Positions 59,747 through 64,000 of a DNA stretch of 64,000 nt are shown here, in pieces (position 1 is the stretch's first letter; the number at the start of each line of letters is the position of its first letter). The stretch covers positions 154,940,001 to 155,004,000 of the forward strand of contig CM059431.1 of assembly GCA_030390025.1 (NCBI GenBank), given 5' to 3'. This DNA is from Squalus acanthias. Taxonomy: Eukaryota. The translations under genes and the position numbers were made by a program. The notes under the pieces are model-generated. The model was not told the DNA's origin, did no database searches, and saw nothing but the letters and a program-made list of their open reading frames with translations.

Positions 59747-62700
59747 TAGGGAAAGATAGATGAGATCCTGCAACAAGAATTTAGGGAGCTAGGTAGCAGA
59801 TTAAAAAGCAGGACTATAATGGTTGTAATCTCTGGATTACTCCCGGTGCCACGTGCTAGTGAGTATAGGAATAGGAGGATAGAGCAGATGAATACGAGGC
59901 TAAAGAGTTGGTGCAGTAGGGAGGGCTTTAGTTTCCTGGATGTTTGTGTCTGTTTCTGGGGAAGGTGGGCCCTGTACAAGTCGGACCATCCTTGCGTGAA
60001 GGTTTGCTAGAGCTGTTAGGTGGAATATAAACTAACTATGCAGGGGGATGGGATATGGAGTGGAGCTATAGTAGGGGGTGATGCGCAGCCAAATATAGAG
60101 GAAAAAACAAATCAGTTTGGAAGTCAGAGCAAATATGTAACGGCTCAAGGGAGTATGGCAAGTCTGGCGGACATTCATTTCAATGCAAGTAGTCTTGCGA
60201 GTAAGGCAGATAAACAAAGTTGTTGATGAACACATTTGAGTATGATATTGTTGCTATCACGGAGACAAGGTTGAGGGAGTGCCAGGACTGGCAGTTCATT
60301 ATTACGGTGTCTAGAATCTTCAGGCGAGACAGATGTGGGTGTAAAAGAGGAGGGGGTGTCGCAATATTGATGAAGGAGTCAATTACTGCAGTAAGGAGGG
60401 TTGATATCATAGCAGGTTCCTCTAATGAGGCCATATGGGTAGAACTTAAAAACAAAAAGGGGGCAAGCACTTTCCTAGGAGTGTACAATAGGCCCCCAAA
60501 CAATCAGGGGCGATAGAGGAACAGATATATAGGCAAATCTCAGATAAGTGTAGATATAATAGGGTAATAATAGTAGGGGTTTCAACTTCCCCAATATTAA
60601 CTGAGATAGTCAGAGTGTGAAAGGCTTAGAGGGTGCAGAATTCATAAAGTGCATCCAGGAAAGTTTTTTGAGCCAGCTTGTAGAAAGTCCTACAAGAGAG
60701 GGTGCGGTACTAGAACTAATTCTAGGGAATGTAGCGGGGCAAGAGTTAGAAGTGTCAGTCGGAGAGCATTTTGGTGACAGTGACCGTAATTCGGTGAGAT
60801 TGAATGTAGTCATGGAAAAGGACATATATAGACCGGAGATAAAGATTCTAAATTGGGGGAAGCCCGATTTCAATATGATAAGGGGAGATCTGGCCAAAGT
60901 GGACTGGGATCAGCAACTTGTAGGAAAATCCATATCAGTGCAGTGGGAGTTATTCAGAAAAGAAATAGAGAGAGTACAGCTCCAACATGTTCCCGTAATG
61001 GTCAAGGGTGGGACCAACAAGGCCAGGGAACCCTGGATGTCAAGGGATATACAAGAATGGATTTAGGAAAATAAAGGAGTCTTTTGGCAGATACAAAGGA
61101 GCAAAAAGTGTGGAAGCCCTAGAGGAGTATAAAATGTGCAGACGGGTACTTAAGAAATAAATTAGGAGTGCGAAGAGGGGTCAATAATAAACACTGGTGT
61201 CCAAACTAAAGGAATATCCCAAGGTGTTTTCTAAGTATATTAAGGGCAAGAGGATAACCAGGGAAAGAGTATGGCCCATTAGAGACAAAAGTGGCAATCT
61301 GTGTGCAGGGCCGGGAGGTGCAGGTGTGTTTTTAAATGAATATTTAGCATCTGTGTTCATTATAGAGAAGGACGCAGTAGGCATATAAATCAGGCAGGGG
61401 TGTTGTGATATACTTGAACAAATTATCATTGAGAGGGAGGAGGCAAAAGCGGTTTTAGTCGGCTTAAATATGGATAAATCCCCAGGCCCAGACGATATGT
61501 ATCCCAGGATGCTGTGTGAGGCAAGGGACGAGATTGCAGGGGATCTGAAACAAATTTTCAGAAACTCTCAGGCCACAGGGGAGGTGCCAGTGGGCTGGAG
61601 GTCAGCTAACGCAGTTCCATTATTCAGTAAGGGTAGTAGGGATAAAGTGGCGAACTGCAGACCAGTGAGCCTAACATCAGTGGTAGGGAAATTATTGGAA
61701 ACAATTCTGAGTGACAGAATTATTATTCACTTCGAGAGGCAATAATGAATCAAAGATAGTCAGCATGGCTTTGTCAGAGGGTGATCATGTCTAACCAATT
61801 TGATTGAATTTTTCGAGGGGTAACTAGGTGTGCAGATGAGAGTTGTGCAGTTGATGCAGTCTACATGGACTTCAGTAAGGCTTTTGGCAAAGTCCCGCAT
61901 GGGAGACTGGTCAAGAAGTTAAGAGCCCATGGGATCCAGGGCAATTTGGCATATAGGATCCAAAATTGGCTTAGTGGCAGGAGGCAGAGGGTGAGGTCGA
62001 ATTTTGTTTTTGTGACTGGAGGCCTGTGTCCAGTGGTGTACCGCAGATTTCGGTACTGGGTCCCTTGCTATTTGTAGTGCACATTAATGATTTAGATATG
62101 TATGTTGGAGGTAAGATCAGTAAGTTCGCAGATGACACGAACATTGCTGGAGTGGTAAATAGCGAGGACTGAAGCCTCAGGCTACAGGACGAAATAGACG
62201 GGTTGGTCAGATGTGCAGAACAGTGGCAAATGGAATTTAAGTTGAAAGGTGTGAGGTGATGCATTTGGGTTGGACTAAGAAGGCAAGTGTATACATAATG
62301 AATGGTAGGACCGTAGGAAGAACAGAGGATCAGAGGGACCTTAGTGTGCCTATACATAGATCTCTGAAGGCAGGAGGACAGTTAGATAAGGTGGATTAAA
62401 AGGCATATGGGATACTTGCCTTCATTAGCCGAGGCATAGAATATAAAAGAAGGAAAGTTATGATGGAACTGTACAAAACGTTAGTTAGACCACAGCTGGA
62501 ATACTGTGGGCAGTTCTGGTCGCCACACTATAGGAAGGACGTGATTGCTTTGGAAAGGGTGCAGAGGAGATTCACCAGAATGTTAATTGGGCCGGAGCGC
62601 TTTAGCTACGAAGAGAGCCTGGACTGGCTGGGTTTATTTTCCATAGAGCAGCGAAGGCTGAGGTGGGACCTGATTGAGGTGTACAAAATTAAAAGGGGAA

Positions 62701-63169
62701 TAGATAGGGTATGTAGAAAGGAATTTGTCCCCTTAGAAGAGGGATCAATAACCAGATGCCACAGTTTCAACGTAAGTCGCAGGGGGTTTAGAGGGGTGTG
62801 AGGAAAAACTTTTTCACCCAGAGGGTGGTTGGAATCTAGAATTCTCTGCCTGAAAGGGTGGTAGAGGCAGGAACCCTCACAACATTCAAGAAGCATTTAG
62901 ATGATCACTTGAAAGGCCATAGCATACAAAGCTAGGGACCAAGTGCTGGAAAATGGGATTTAGAATAGACAGGGCTTGATGGCGGGGGAAGGCACGATGG
63001 CCGAAGGGCATCTTTTTGTGCTGTATAACTCGATGACTCTAATCCAAAGAATTGGATTTAGGATTGACTGTTGTGCCTGTAAATGTACAAGTCATTCCAA
63101 AGACACTTGGAATGTCAGAGGCATGGAAGATGTGATTTAGTATCTGTAGGACAGGGCCTGGGATTTCAC

Positions 63170-64000
63170 AGGACTGCTGATGATACAAAGCAAGCTGGGT
63201 CAGTAAGTAGTGAGGAGAACAAAAAGAGTCTGCAAAGTGACATAGATAGACTGATTGACTGGGCAGTAGGGTGGCAAATGTATTATAATGTTGGGAAACG
63301 TGAGGTTATTCACGTTGTTATGAAGAATAGAAAAACAGATTTATTTTAAAATTGAGAGAAACTGCTAATGTAACACCCTTATTTAAAAAGGGTTGTAGGC
63401 AGAAGGCTGGGAATTATAGACCAGTTAGCCTAACATCTGTGGTGGGTAACATTTTGGAGTCTATTATTAAGGAGACAGTAACGGAACATTTAGATAAACA
63501 TAATTTAATAGGACAAAGTCAGCATGGCTTTATGAAGGGGAAGTCATGTCTGACAAATTTGCTTGAGTTCTTGGAGGACATAACGTACAGGGTGGTTAAA
63601 GGGGAATCAGTGGATGTAGTGTATTTAGCCTTCCAGAAGGCTTTCGACAAGGTGCCACTTAAAAGATTATTACTCAAGATAAAAAATCACTGGATTGGGG
63701 GTAATATTCTGGCATGGGTGGAGGATTGGTTATCCAACAGGAAGCAGAGAGTTGTGTAGAAATTGTTCATTCTCGGACTGGCAACCAGTAGCAAGTGGTG
63801 TTCCGCAGGGGTCGGTGCTGGGTCCCCAACTCTTTACAATCTATATTAACGATTTGGAGGAGCGGACCGAGTGTAACATATCAAAGTTTGCAGATGATAC
63901 AAAGATGGGACGGAAAGTAGAGAGTGAGGAGGACATAAAAATTCTACAAGGGGATATAGACAGGCTGGGTGAGTGGGCAGAGATTTGGCAGATGCAATAC
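63170..64000 (+). mobile_element. CR1 RT fragments: old piece 63170-63358, then a younger copy from 63359 running off the right edge
   Basis: ADDTK..LQSDIDRL; then [48 protein letters not shown]. Confidence 0.9.

Larger units (their letters stand above)
58370..63042 (+). mobile_element. Near full-length but decayed CR1 LINE (5' UTR, ORF1 zinc finger/leucine zipper/SGNH esterase, ORF2, 3' UTR)
   Basis: CTSCSMCDF..HMCSKC..LEIRFSELEHQLEAL; VVGDAIVRG..LPGA.VKDV..VVVHIGTND; VVISGLLPVP; ITET.L; DKSPGPD; DFSKAF.KVPH; LYKTLVRPQLEYC; many stops and frameshifts. Confidence 0.92.

Overview
Eukaryotic, repeat-dominated genomic window, most likely from a cartilaginous fish (shark). This is inferred from a SacSINE1/DeuSINE-like SINE and the CR1, L2 and Penelope repertoire. 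Most of it is nested, decayed non-LTR retrotransposons (CR1, L2, a poly-A-tailed CR1/L2-group LINE, two Penelope families). It also holds an internally deleted two-gene PIF/Harbinger transposon (Myb/SANT gene plus DDE transposase) with intact ends and a TAT target-site duplication, related GGGCC-ended MITEs, a T-rich degenerate satellite, and an 18-kb G/T-rich 27-bp satellite with ~4.0-4.4 kb higher-order repeats. Hidden among the repeats are small + strand candidate host exons that the ORF track misses: a transmembrane exon (29522-29650) and two paralogous 96-bp phase-1/phase-1 exons (36796-36891, 57314-57409). The 96-bp exons resemble, from recollection, the N-terminus of chondrichthyan NLR proteins, and all three can splice in frame, suggesting a membrane-anchored NLR-like gene. 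A minimal hammerhead-ribozyme motif lies in the Penelope 3' end. No prokaryotic features are present. Repeat boundaries were read by eye and are approximate unless a junction is quoted.
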